The notes under the pieces are model-generated. The model was not told the DNA's origin, searched no databases, and saw only the letters and a list, made by a program, of their open reading frames with translations. From IMG/VR virus record IMGVR_UViG_3300027847_001698: a stretch of 64,000 nucleotides of DNA. One strand, written 5' to 3'. The translations under genes were made by a program, and so were the position numbers. This document shows, piece by piece, positions 19,938 to 28,717 of this stretch (position 1 is its first letter; each line of letters begins with the position of its first letter). This DNA is from a virus. Its lineage: Duplodnaviria > Caudoviricetes.

Positions 19938-22900
19938 TATAATTCCTCTTTTATTTCGTAGTCTAATCCCATAGTCTTTAATTCTGATTGAAATAATCTG
20001 ATTGACTGACTTACGTCATCATCATTTTCATCCAATTTCATATCATCATTTTGGATCATTTTTGAGATAGTAGCATTTCTCTTTTTGATTGAATCCGATT
20101 TAGTGGTAAGAAACTCCCACAAATTAGATTCGGCTCCATGACCTGCTACTGCCCAAACTTCCATTTCTCCTAATCTTTGTCCACCCTTTCTATTCTTGCC
20201 ATCAAGCGGTTGACATGTTTTAGATGAATATGGTCCAACTCCTCTATGGGCTATTTTATCCTTTGATATATGATTCATCTTTATAAAATATTGATAACCT
20301 ACTGCAATCTCATTGATTATATTCTGTTCAAAATAAGATGGATCCTTATTGTGTTCATCATCCCCATAAGGATCATAACACGGATACTCCATTCTGGTTC
20401 CAGTATAATCCATTGCCTCTGATAATTTATCAACTGGGGTTGATTCATACGGAGGCTGAATAACATAGAACGAATCAATATGATTGACAATATACTCTAC
20501 TGATACTGCTTCTAAAAAGAGTTTCATTTGATGAGTATACTCTTTATTTTTAGTACTATCAATAATCTTTATATAGTTTAAAATGAATTCTTTAATTTCT
20601 TCTTCTTCTTCTTTATCTTCGAACTTCTTAACAATAATGTTTCTCATATCTTGAACGGACATTGCCATATGCAACTCAAAGAGCTGCCCAATATTCATTC
20701 TTGAAATCACACCTAATGGGTTCAGTACAACATCTGCACTTTGACCATTTTCTAATCTAGGCATTTCATGTTCTGGAACTATCTTTGAAATGATTCCCTT
20801 GTTTCCATGCCTGTTCCCAATTTTATCACCAACTTCAATTGGTCGTTTATACATTGCTGTTATTTCGAATCTAATCCCATCAATAGATCCACCTTTTACT
20901 TTATACGTCCCTCTCTTCTTCTCAGTGTTATCAATTGCAATTGATTCCAAGAAGTGACCTAACTGATCTTGACTAAGATACGTAGATAGGTTATCAATCA
21001 TACTAGTCCGATCTTTATTCTTTTGTGCTATCAATGATGTCACGAATGTATCATATTGTGGAAACTCTTTATTCCACTTGTTAGCAAAAAGTTTTACATC
21101 AGTGATAACACAATCTTCAGTTACCACCTTTTCAAACGGTTCATCAAATATCATATCCAGACTATCATTAATACCAGTCAATGTCTTTATCTTGGCATAT
21201 ATGTCACCTTTAGTCAAAACATCTCCAATATTAGGAATTCCCTTATATGCAGTTTCATCATCTCCAAGATTCAGTAAAAGCTTATTTGGGGGAACTTCAA
21301 ATGTCAAGTCTAAATAATGAACTGATGTCAATTCATTGTCTTTAACCAATCTATCAGATATTACTATAGCATCTTCAAAGTTATAACCATGCCATATAGT
21401 AACAGCAGTCAATAAGTTTTTACCAACAGTAAGTCTACCTTGTTTCAAATAATTACTTTCTGCAATCATTTGATCCTTCTTGAATGTATGACCTATATCA
21501 AAATAAACATGATAAAAATCATATATAGACAAGAATAACTTTTTGTAACCAATATTAAACGCTTGACATTTCTTGTTATCAAATTGAACAACTATGACAC
21601 TATCATCCTTGAATACCACAGTACCATCTCTAGAAGCGACAAAGCAGAATGAGGTATACTTGGTATACATTCCCTCCACTCCAGATTGTACTAGTGGTAC
21701 ATCGAAGTTTTCTAACATAATAGCATGACGTTGTTGGGAACTAGACATTTGTAATCTAGTTGGATCATCATGTTCTAAAAACGGAACATGTGATATGGCA
21801 ATTGAATTTCTGCAATCACCTTCCCCTTTATTAAACGTCAAATCATTTCCAAGCTGTATTGTTGGTGTCAAATATTGAACTGTTCCACAATTTTCTCTAT
21901 CCCCTGTATCCGCAGGACATACATGACTCTTCATTGAAGGATGTATATCTCTTAGGTATGGAGGAACATTTCCCTTTTCAAATCCACCTGGCCCAGACAA
22001 TGATAACCTAGTTAACATTGCTAACTCTGATAATGGGTTGATTGAAAAGTCAAACTGTACAATTGCAGACTGATTTATATTGTTTAGTATAACTTTAGAA
22101 TTATTCCGAAATCTATTCTTCTTAGATTGTCTCAATGAAACAATCATCTGGTAGAAGTCTCTAGCCAGATGAGAGTAAACTAATTGTTCAGAAAATCTAA
22201 TTCGTTTATTTGAATAGTCTAAATCGTCATTATCCCAATCTCCTAATGAGCTAATCAATTCCTCTAATACATTTGGTGTGGTGAGGAATTCCTTAGTGAA
22301 AATATCTACCTCAGATATTAGAAGAACGTTATTAACAATATCAACGTCCTCTTTTCTATTAAAGTACTGAGATAACAATCTCTTCTTGCTTGAAGGAGAG
22401 TCAATCAAATCTTTAATATCTTGTGCCAAATCGTAATCAATAGTAACATTGGTAGATAACGAATCTTCCTTTGTTATACCAAATCTATCCTTAATCTTAT
22501 CTTCTCCCAAATAAGCATAGACAAGATAACAAAACGGAACTTCCTTACCAAACAGAGTAACATAGTAAAAGTAAGGTCGTCTAAGACGTTGTTTCTTAGT
22601 TAAAGTAAAATTATGAATATTGGTCCTGAGTTTAATTATATCATTTCTTCGAATCAAAGGTCTATCAAACAATTGAAAGATCGAAACTTTTTTGTTTCCA
22701 CCAATAAAGAAATGATTATCTACAAGCCAAGGAATTTCATATTCTAAATCTAACGTCTTATTATCACCATGAACCATCGAAATTTTCAATATTCGAGATA
22801 TTGTTTGTTTTAATTCAGAGCGGTCAACTTTTTCTGGTCGTTCAACAGAAATAGAACTAACTCGAATACCATACTGTTCGCCACATTGCAGCATCTTAGT

Positions 22901-22996
22901 TATATTAGAAACAAGACTGTTTTCCCAGTCTTTCTGTCTAAGATCAAATATATTATGTTTACTTAATATATAATCAGGTACACATAGATTTAACAT
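19937..22996 (-). CDS. rpoB: Multisubunit RNA polymerase beta-like subunit, set 1 (putative non-virion)
   Basis: RDIHPS...CPADT, LEHDDPTRLQMSSSQQRHA, GYNFEDAIVIS, GDKIGNRHGNKGII, SRMNIGQ, GGQRLGEME. Confidence 0.93.
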   Translation of the reverse strand: MLNLCVPDYILSKHNIFDLRQKDWENSLVSNITKMLQCGEQYGIRVSSISVERPEKVDRSELKQTISRILKISMVHGDNKTLDLEYEIPWLVDNHFFIGGNKKVSIFQLFDRPLIRRNDIIKLRTNIHNFTLTKKQRLRRPYFYYVTLFGKEVPFCYLVYAYLGEDKIKDRFGITKEDSLSTNVTIDYDLAQDIKDLIDSPSSKKRLLSQYFNRKEDVDIVNNVLLISEVDIFTKEFLTTPNVLEELISSLGDWDNDDLDYSNKRIRFSEQLVYSHLARDFYQMIVSLRQSKKNRFRNNSKVILNNINQSAIVQFDFSINPLSELAMLTRLSLSGPGGFEKGNVPPYLRDIHPSMKSHVCPADTGDRENCGTVQYLTPTIQLGNDLTFNKGEGDCRNSIAISHVPFLEHDDPTRLQMSSSQQRHAIMLENFDVPLVQSGVEGMYTKYTSFCFVASRDGTVVFKDDSVIVVQFDNKKCQAFNIGYKKLFLSIYDFYHVYFDIGHTFKKDQMIAESNYLKQGRLTVGKNLLTAVTIWHGYNFEDAIVISDRLVKDNELTSVHYLDLTFEVPPNKLLLNLGDDETAYKGIPNIGDVLTKGDIYAKIKTLTGINDSLDMIFDEPFEKVVTEDCVITDVKLFANKWNKEFPQYDTFVTSLIAQKNKDRTSMIDNLSTYLSQDQLGHFLESIAIDNTEKKRGTYKVKGGSIDGIRFEITAMYKRPIEVGDKIGNRHGNKGIISKIVPEHEMPRLENGQSADVVLNPLGVISRMNIGQLFELHMAMSVQDMRNIIVKKFEDKEEEEEIKEFILNYIKIIDSTKNKEYTHQMKLFLEAVSVEYIVNHIDSFYVIQPPYESTPVDKLSEAMDYTGTRMEYPCYDPYGDDEHNKDPSYFEQNIINEIAVGYQYFIKMNHISKDKIAHRGVGPYSSKTCQPLDGKNRKGGQRLGEMEVWAVAGHGAESNLWEFLTTKSDSIKKRNATISKMIQNDDMKLDENDDDVSQSIRLFQSELKTMGLDYEIKEEL

Positions 22997-25749
22997 TCTA
23001 TTTCCGCCACCGGTTTATCATTTGTCATAATTTTTTCGAGAATTCCTGATGATTCCCCATCTCCAGAAATTATTCCATCTATCAAATATGATTTTGGTTT
23101 GCTGAATGCAAGTGCAAGAAGCCATGATTCCCTAGATGGGATCGACTCAATACTAACCATTTCATAATCTGTTATATCTCTTTCCGGATTAACTCTCCAT
23201 CTCATTTTCCCATTACGCATCATTTGAGAGACTATGCACTCATAATGAACCAATAGGACTAATTTATAAGCCGAGTATACACCGAATAGCTTCATAAGAG
23301 AATCGTAATAAGAATTCTTTTCACTTGCATGAAATACTTTCTTTACACGACTCAAATCATTTACAATATCTTGTTGTTGAGAAGCGTCTCCAGTTGATTT
23401 CTTTGCTGCACCTGATGTATGAAACGTTCTTAACACTAACTGGGTTGATACTTCTCCCATTGCTTGTGCTGCAATAATGCCAATGTATTTAGAATGTAAA
23501 TACTTATGACTTGACCCATAACATGTTTGACACACGCCATGGTCTTCACAAAACAACGGAGATCGAACATGTACTAATTGTCCCAGAAATGAATGATAGT
23601 TACCATATGTAATTTCAACTAATCCATCATCTGTTACACTATACCGTCCTATTAGAGACTTTGCTAATTTCAATCCTCCATTTTCCTTCTCGGGAATATT
23701 AATTGCAAGAGTATCTACTGTACCACAATCTTCGTTTTTACCCAATTCAAGATTAACAGAACAATACACCAATTTTCTAGTTAAGTATCCAGAATCTCCA
23801 GTGTTAAGTGCTGTATCTAATAATCCTTTTCTTGAACCATAGCAAGAGATGAAAAAATCATCTCTAGTCAATCCACCAATTAGATTACTCTTAATTGGTG
23901 TTTCAATGATCTTCCCTGCAAAGTTAGAAACAAATCCTCTACACAGCACAATCTGGTTCGCTTGATCCCATGATCCTCTTGAACCCGAATCGATGAATAG
24001 GGAATAAGGGAATGCTTCTCGTACCTTCTCTTGTATTTCTGTTGATTGAATCTTAGAGAATTTATCACCCCACTCTAATTCAGGATCATCCATTATATCG
24101 GACACTATTGTATCAGCGCCTTTTAATAACATATTCTTTAATGACATAGTACAACCAAATCGAGATGTAGACTTAAATCCTAACACCTTTATATCGTCTA
24201 AAATATCACACACTTGATCAGAGTTTCTAGTTCTAGCCAAATCATCCAACAAAACTCTCAACAGTTTTTTATCAATTACTTCATTGATGAATGGATAATC
24301 TGGCAATATGCTATTGAATTCAACTCTTCCTTCGTATGTATCAATGCCATCTGCTATCACCTTTTTAGATTCGTCTTCTTTGGTTAAGAGATATAATCCT
24401 AAAATTATATCCTGATTAACACCAAGAATAAGACTTCCAGTAGTTGGACAGATCAGATTGTTCTTTATAGATAACTTCTCTTTGCATTCTGCCGTGGTTT
24501 CTTCTGTCAACGGTCTATATATTGCCATTTGATCTCCATCAAAATCTGCATTATATGGCTCGCATACCATCGGATGTATTTTAATTACATTGTCAGTATT
24601 GATTAATACATCAAATGACAATATTCCCATTCTATGTAACGTTGGTTGTCTATTAAGAATAACGGATGTACCCTCACAACAGTTCTTTACAACATCTAAT
24701 AATGAGAGATCTTTAATTTTTATACATGAATCAATATGATCTATTGCTGAATCATATCGTTTGAATGTTCTCTTCTCTAGTAATTTGTTTGCTAGTTCCA
24801 ATTTATACAATTCAAGTGCAAGCACATAAGGTATAGAGCATTGATTTAATCTCAAACTAGGTTCAGGTGCAATAACTGCTCTCCCTGAAAAATCAACTCT
24901 CTTGCCCAAAATCGATCCTCTGATCAATCCTGTTTTCTTACTCAACTTCTTGAATATAAAATCATAAAGAGACGTTACATGTCGTTGAAGATTTCTAAAT
25001 GTGGCTTCCCGTATTCCTGCAACCGCAGCAGTTTCTAAATGGTCGTCCTTCATTAAAATCGAGAAATTCAAGATAGTTGTTAAATATCTATTCATCTCAT
25101 CTCGCATTTGAGCATCCTTTGTCTTAGACACTGGTCTAAACTCAGGTGGTAAGATAATTATATTAGACATGTAAAATTTAGACAAGTGAGTCTCAACTAT
25201 TTTCCACATCGCATCTTTATCTTTCTTTCTATCACACTCAAACTTTACGAGATCGTAAACTCCATCAACACCAATAAACACAGGTTTATCATCTGGTAAT
25301 GTTGGAAGTTCCTCTTCATCTGATTCCCTCTCTTTGAATATTCGTTCAACTAATACATAACTAGCCAACTCTTCATCAAAATAATATGCATAAATCTTTT
25401 CATTAAAGAACAGATTCTCTATCATGTCCCTCATTTTTGTCTTTCCTGCCCTAATAATTAATTGATACATAATAGGGTTTAGTATTGGAAAGGGTAACAC
25501 TATTTTTGCAAATCTTTTTCGTCTCTCATTAGAATATGTAATGTCTACATCACATGTTCCACATTTATCTCCAATTCTAGATCTTCCCCAATACGTTTTA
25601 CAACCACACCATGTAGTTTTGACTGGTCCGAATATCTTTTCACTGAAAAGACCTTCTGGGTGAAATCCGTGCTTTGAATAAATTTTAGAACTTGATACTT
25701 GGGGTATACCCTCGCAGAATTCATCTACGTTAAAGAAATCTAATTTCAC
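22990..25749 (-). CDS. rpoC: Multisubunit RNA polymerase beta'-like subunit, set 1
   Basis: N-terminal Zn ribbon CGC...CGTC, LGKRVDFSGRAVI, NRQPTLH, catalytic YNADFDGDQMA, TGDSGYLTRKL, TQLVLRTFHTSG; GTG start. Confidence 0.95.
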   Translation of the reverse strand: MKLDFFNVDEFCEGIPQVSSSKIYSKHGFHPEGLFSEKIFGPVKTTWCGCKTYWGRSRIGDKCGTCDVDITYSNERRKRFAKIVLPFPILNPIMYQLIIRAGKTKMRDMIENLFFNEKIYAYYFDEELASYVLVERIFKERESDEEELPTLPDDKPVFIGVDGVYDLVKFECDRKKDKDAMWKIVETHLSKFYMSNIIILPPEFRPVSKTKDAQMRDEMNRYLTTILNFSILMKDDHLETAAVAGIREATFRNLQRHVTSLYDFIFKKLSKKTGLIRGSILGKRVDFSGRAVIAPEPSLRLNQCSIPYVLALELYKLELANKLLEKRTFKRYDSAIDHIDSCIKIKDLSLLDVVKNCCEGTSVILNRQPTLHRMGILSFDVLINTDNVIKIHPMVCEPYNADFDGDQMAIYRPLTEETTAECKEKLSIKNNLICPTTGSLILGVNQDIILGLYLLTKEDESKKVIADGIDTYEGRVEFNSILPDYPFINEVIDKKLLRVLLDDLARTRNSDQVCDILDDIKVLGFKSTSRFGCTMSLKNMLLKGADTIVSDIMDDPELEWGDKFSKIQSTEIQEKVREAFPYSLFIDSGSRGSWDQANQIVLCRGFVSNFAGKIIETPIKSNLIGGLTRDDFFISCYGSRKGLLDTALNTGDSGYLTRKLVYCSVNLELGKNEDCGTVDTLAINIPEKENGGLKLAKSLIGRYSVTDDGLVEITYGNYHSFLGQLVHVRSPLFCEDHGVCQTCYGSSHKYLHSKYIGIIAAQAMGEVSTQLVLRTFHTSGAAKKSTGDASQQQDIVNDLSRVKKVFHASEKNSYYDSLMKLFGVYSAYKLVLLVHYECIVSQMMRNGKMRWRVNPERDITDYEMVSIESIPSRESWLLALAFSKPKSYLIDGIISGDGESSGILEKIMTNDKPVAEIEC

Positions 25750-25763
25750 GTCTAGTTCCTAAT

Positions 25764-26327
25764 TTATGAAGTTGATACACTAAATGATATTGAATTTATC
25801 TTATCTGCAATGATACCGTTAATGCTTTCTTTTAAATCTGAAGTTCTATTAGCTAGTGTGGCGTTTATAGCTGGAGCTAATGTATTATCGAATTCTTGTT
25901 TAATAAGTCTAATTAAATTTTCATCACAATATCGTTCAATTACATCAGTTATTATTGAATGATCTCTTTTAATAACTGCTTCAACTCCTTCCATGATAAC
26001 AGTAGATAGAATATCATTAGTTAACATGTTAGTAACTGAAACGTCTGCACATAGCATATCAAGATCACCATACTTCTCAACACTTTTAAACTTCCACCCT
26101 TTAGTCTGTCTATCATAACTCATTCGGCTATTGTACTTCGCAAACTGTTTCTTAAACTCCTCAATTCCAGTAATACCATAATCCTGTTCTAAGTCTGTAG
26201 ATATAATATGTAACTCTTTTAAGGTAAAACTATCCTGATTATCAAATTCTTCCGTGGCAGTTATAACATCGTTTATTAATGTTTCTATGTTATTAACTAC
26301 AGGAACTGAATTAATTTCATCTGACAT
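25764..26327 (-). CDS. Hypothetical acidic helical protein
   Basis: 187-aa ORF with upstream AAAGGAGAA. Confidence 0.7.
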   Translation of the reverse strand: MSDEINSVPVVNNIETLINDVITATEEFDNQDSFTLKELHIISTDLEQDYGITGIEEFKKQFAKYNSRMSYDRQTKGWKFKSVEKYGDLDMLCADVSVTNMLTNDILSTVIMEGVEAVIKRDHSIITDVIERYCDENLIRLIKQEFDNTLAPAINATLANRTSDLKESINGIIADKINSISFSVSTS

Positions 26328-27029
26328 TTATTTCTCCTTTAGTATATGTTTAAGAGTTTCAAAATGCTTATTATGCTCATATGGATTATCCATATTTACA
26401 TATCCTAACATCATCTTAGCTATATTTAAAGAATCCGGAGTTAAACACATTCGCTTAATAGCGGAATCCATGCAAAATTTATTATTTAGTGGACTTAAAT
26501 TGGGATGTACACCTGTACAATATAAGCCCCCTCTTAATGTTTTGTCAATAGAAATCTTAAACTCTGTGATTCCATAACCTAACTGCCTTAATTCATCTGG
26601 GTTTGTCCTGATTATTTTTCCATTGTACAGTATCGAATTAATCGGAATATAATCAACCCATATTATCCATTTATTATTAACAAGATATCCTTGTTTTAAA
26701 ATTTCATTTATGGCTTGACATCCTTCAGTGGTAGCGAAATAGGTTAATCTCTTTACATCTGCCATTATCCTAGTCAAACTTGAAGCCAATGAAACGTGTG
26801 CCTTAACTTTACGTGATACTATAAATTTTCTAATGTCCCTTAATACATCAGATAAATTGATTTGAATATCGCCTATTATAATCAACCCTGTCCTATCTTT
26901 TGATAATCTATATCCCGATTTTTGTTTATTTATTAAACATACTGAATACATATTATCTTCATCATAATGTTCCCAATTATTAATATCTGATAACGTTAAT
27001 AATTTTGATACTTCATCTAATATGGTCAC
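26328..27029 (-). CDS. Prokaryotic E2/UBC-like domain protein (module 2)
   Basis: HPNLSPLNNKFC (HPN...C E2 signature) followed by MMLGYVNMDNPY; aligns by eye with the E2 domain of 33916..36039. Confidence 0.6.
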   Translation of the reverse strand: MTILDEVSKLLTLSDINNWEHYDEDNMYSVCLINKQKSGYRLSKDRTGLIIIGDIQINLSDVLRDIRKFIVSRKVKAHVSLASSLTRIMADVKRLTYFATTEGCQAINEILKQGYLVNNKWIIWVDYIPINSILYNGKIIRTNPDELRQLGYGITEFKISIDKTLRGGLYCTGVHPNLSPLNNKFCMDSAIKRMCLTPDSLNIAKMMLGYVNMDNPYEHNKHFETLKHILKEK

Positions 27030-27304
27030 GCCGTTCCTGTTAATGGATTAACCGTGACCTCTAAATTGTTATCAAAATCTTTTCTGAACGTCAAAGCAAA
27101 CTTCTTTTGTGGGAATAATGTACATTCTGTTTTGACTTCAGCTTGTACTGTTTTAATAAAATCTAATATTGAAAATCTGGACCCGTCTACCTGTTTAGGT
27201 CTTTTAGAGGAATCAGATCTAATTGATATTTTCATATGTGGATTTTCATATATAAATCCACTTAATGCGTTTTCATTTTCTACTTGGTTAATTAATCGAT
27301 TCAT
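27026..27304 (-). CDS. Small protein between E1-like and E2-like genes; candidate beta-grasp/Ubl
   Basis: 92 aa; strand-strand-helix-strand pattern and C-terminal tail LEVTVNPLTGTA. The fold is inferred only. Confidence 0.3.
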   Translation of the reverse strand: MNRLINQVENENALSGFIYENPHMKISIRSDSSKRPKQVDGSRFSILDFIKTVQAEVKTECTLFPQKKFALTFRKDFDNNLEVTVNPLTGTA

Positions 27305-27851
27305 TTCTTTCTATCCTTTGTCCATCTTGTACATGTGCTCTAAGATTATAAACGTAGTAAGTATTAGGAAATAATAACTCTTTGTCTATTACATTACATA
27401 CTATACTTGTTGCCAAATCTACATATAAGAAATCTTTAGCTACAGAGTATTCGGAATAATCATCTGTAACTTTAGGGTCATCTCTGGTATCTATTATTAA
27501 AGTAGAACCATCTAGTGATATTCTTGCATGACTATTAATTGGTCTAGCCTTATCATCTCTACAATCTAAAATAATTCCTGTCTTATCTATATCCGTCTTA
27601 ATTTCTTTATGATGACAAACCAATTTTCCCAAATCTAATATTCCTAAACTTTCTATTAGGTCGGCTATTGCTACAACCTTTTCCACTCCTGCCATTGATG
27701 TATAAAATGGAGGTTCTACTACCCCATATGATATTACATCTTTGTCATAAATATGATAATCACGAAAAACTTTATTTCTCCAAAGTTTGAAGAATATATT
27801 TGAGCCAACTGTTCCACATCCAACTATCCGAACAATTTTAGTTTCATACAT
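27288..27851 (-). CDS. Short, degenerate ThiF/E1-like protein (module 2)
   Basis: IVGCGTVGS nucleotide-binding loop, YDKDVI, GVEKVVA, ILDCRDD; lacks the NLxR motif. Confidence 0.7.
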   Translation of the reverse strand: MYETKIVRIVGCGTVGSNIFFKLWRNKVFRDYHIYDKDVISYGVVEPPFYTSMAGVEKVVAIADLIESLGILDLGKLVCHHKEIKTDIDKTGIILDCRDDKARPINSHARISLDGSTLIIDTRDDPKVTDDYSEYSVAKDFLYVDLATSIVCNVIDKELLFPNTYYVYNLRAHVQDGQRIERNESIN

Positions 27852-28181
27852 TTAAATCTTAATTAAAAATCTACATACTTCTATGTCTTCAGTTTTATAT
27901 TCATATGGTTTTTCATCAACCACAGTTATATCTAATTCCGTAAATGCAGCTCTGGTATTTGATAGAATCTCTCTATTCACTTCAATAATACCTACATTGG
28001 TCGTTATTGATTCAAAGAATCCTCTATACTGGGGAGTAGTTGGTACACCAAATCCCAACACTGATATTTTCTTTTCTTTTAATCGTTTTACTAATGTATG
28101 AACCTTTCTAGTATCATTTCTAATTCTGTCATCTTCCTTAGTACTAAAAGTTGACTTTTTATCCTTTTTATCCGTTCTCAT
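27852..28181 (-). CDS. Hypothetical protein
   Basis: 109-aa ORF with a basic N-terminus, tightly coupled to its neighbours. Confidence 0.65.
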   Translation of the reverse strand: MRTDKKDKKSTFSTKEDDRIRNDTRKVHTLVKRLKEKKISVLGFGVPTTPQYRGFFESITTNVGIIEVNREILSNTRAAFTELDITVVDEKPYEYKTEDIEVCRFLIKI

Positions 28182-28190
28182 TAATATTCC

Positions 28191-28670
28191 CTATAAGTAA
28201 TTCTGGAATTCCCCAGCTCTAAAATCAAATGTACTAATAGCGTTGAATGGGTAACCATTCGTCATAGAATTCATTTTTTTAATACCCTCAATATCATTAT
28301 CAACGTAATAAATCTTATCTACATCAAAATTAATTTCATCATGTGTACCATCTATAATACTTTTTATTGTATCCACTTTATATTTTATAACTTCACTATA
28401 TGTAGTATTGGAATAAAAAATTCTTGGAAGAGTGAATATTTTTTCAGGTTCCATGCCCCTCAACAAACAAACCAAGTAAACAAATGGCTTATCTATCCTT
28501 GGGCGACCTGTTAACACAGACCATCTTACTCCAAAATCCTCATTGGGGTTTATATATGTTCCTGATGTTATACATTGTTTAGTGTTATGTATCAATCCTT
28601 TCCAGTTCGTATCACCACAAAGTGTTCCATCAAAATCAAAAAGGTATAATATATTTCTAGATTTTAACAT
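28191..28670 (-). CDS. HAD-superfamily phosphatase-like protein
   Basis: LFDFDGTL (motif I), VLTGRP (motif II), YYVDND (motif IV); RBS GAGGAGG. Confidence 0.8.
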   Translation of the reverse strand: MLKSRNILYLFDFDGTLCGDTNWKGLIHNTKQCITSGTYINPNEDFGVRWSVLTGRPRIDKPFVYLVCLLRGMEPEKIFTLPRIFYSNTTYSEVIKYKVDTIKSIIDGTHDEINFDVDKIYYVDNDIEGIKKMNSMTNGYPFNAISTFDFRAGEFQNYL

Positions 28671-28717
28671 TAATAACCTCCTCTCATATATAGATATATA
28701 TAGAAATAGCTTTCCAT

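Noticed and set aside
19937-25749. Possibility that the window is a bacterial chromosome (rpoB/rpoC, gyrA/gyrB-like, sbcCD)
   Set aside because: The RNAP subunits are short, divergent, duplicated and in reversed order with no ribosomal-protein neighbours; a terminase and tail-like genes are present; strand bias and gene density are phage-like.
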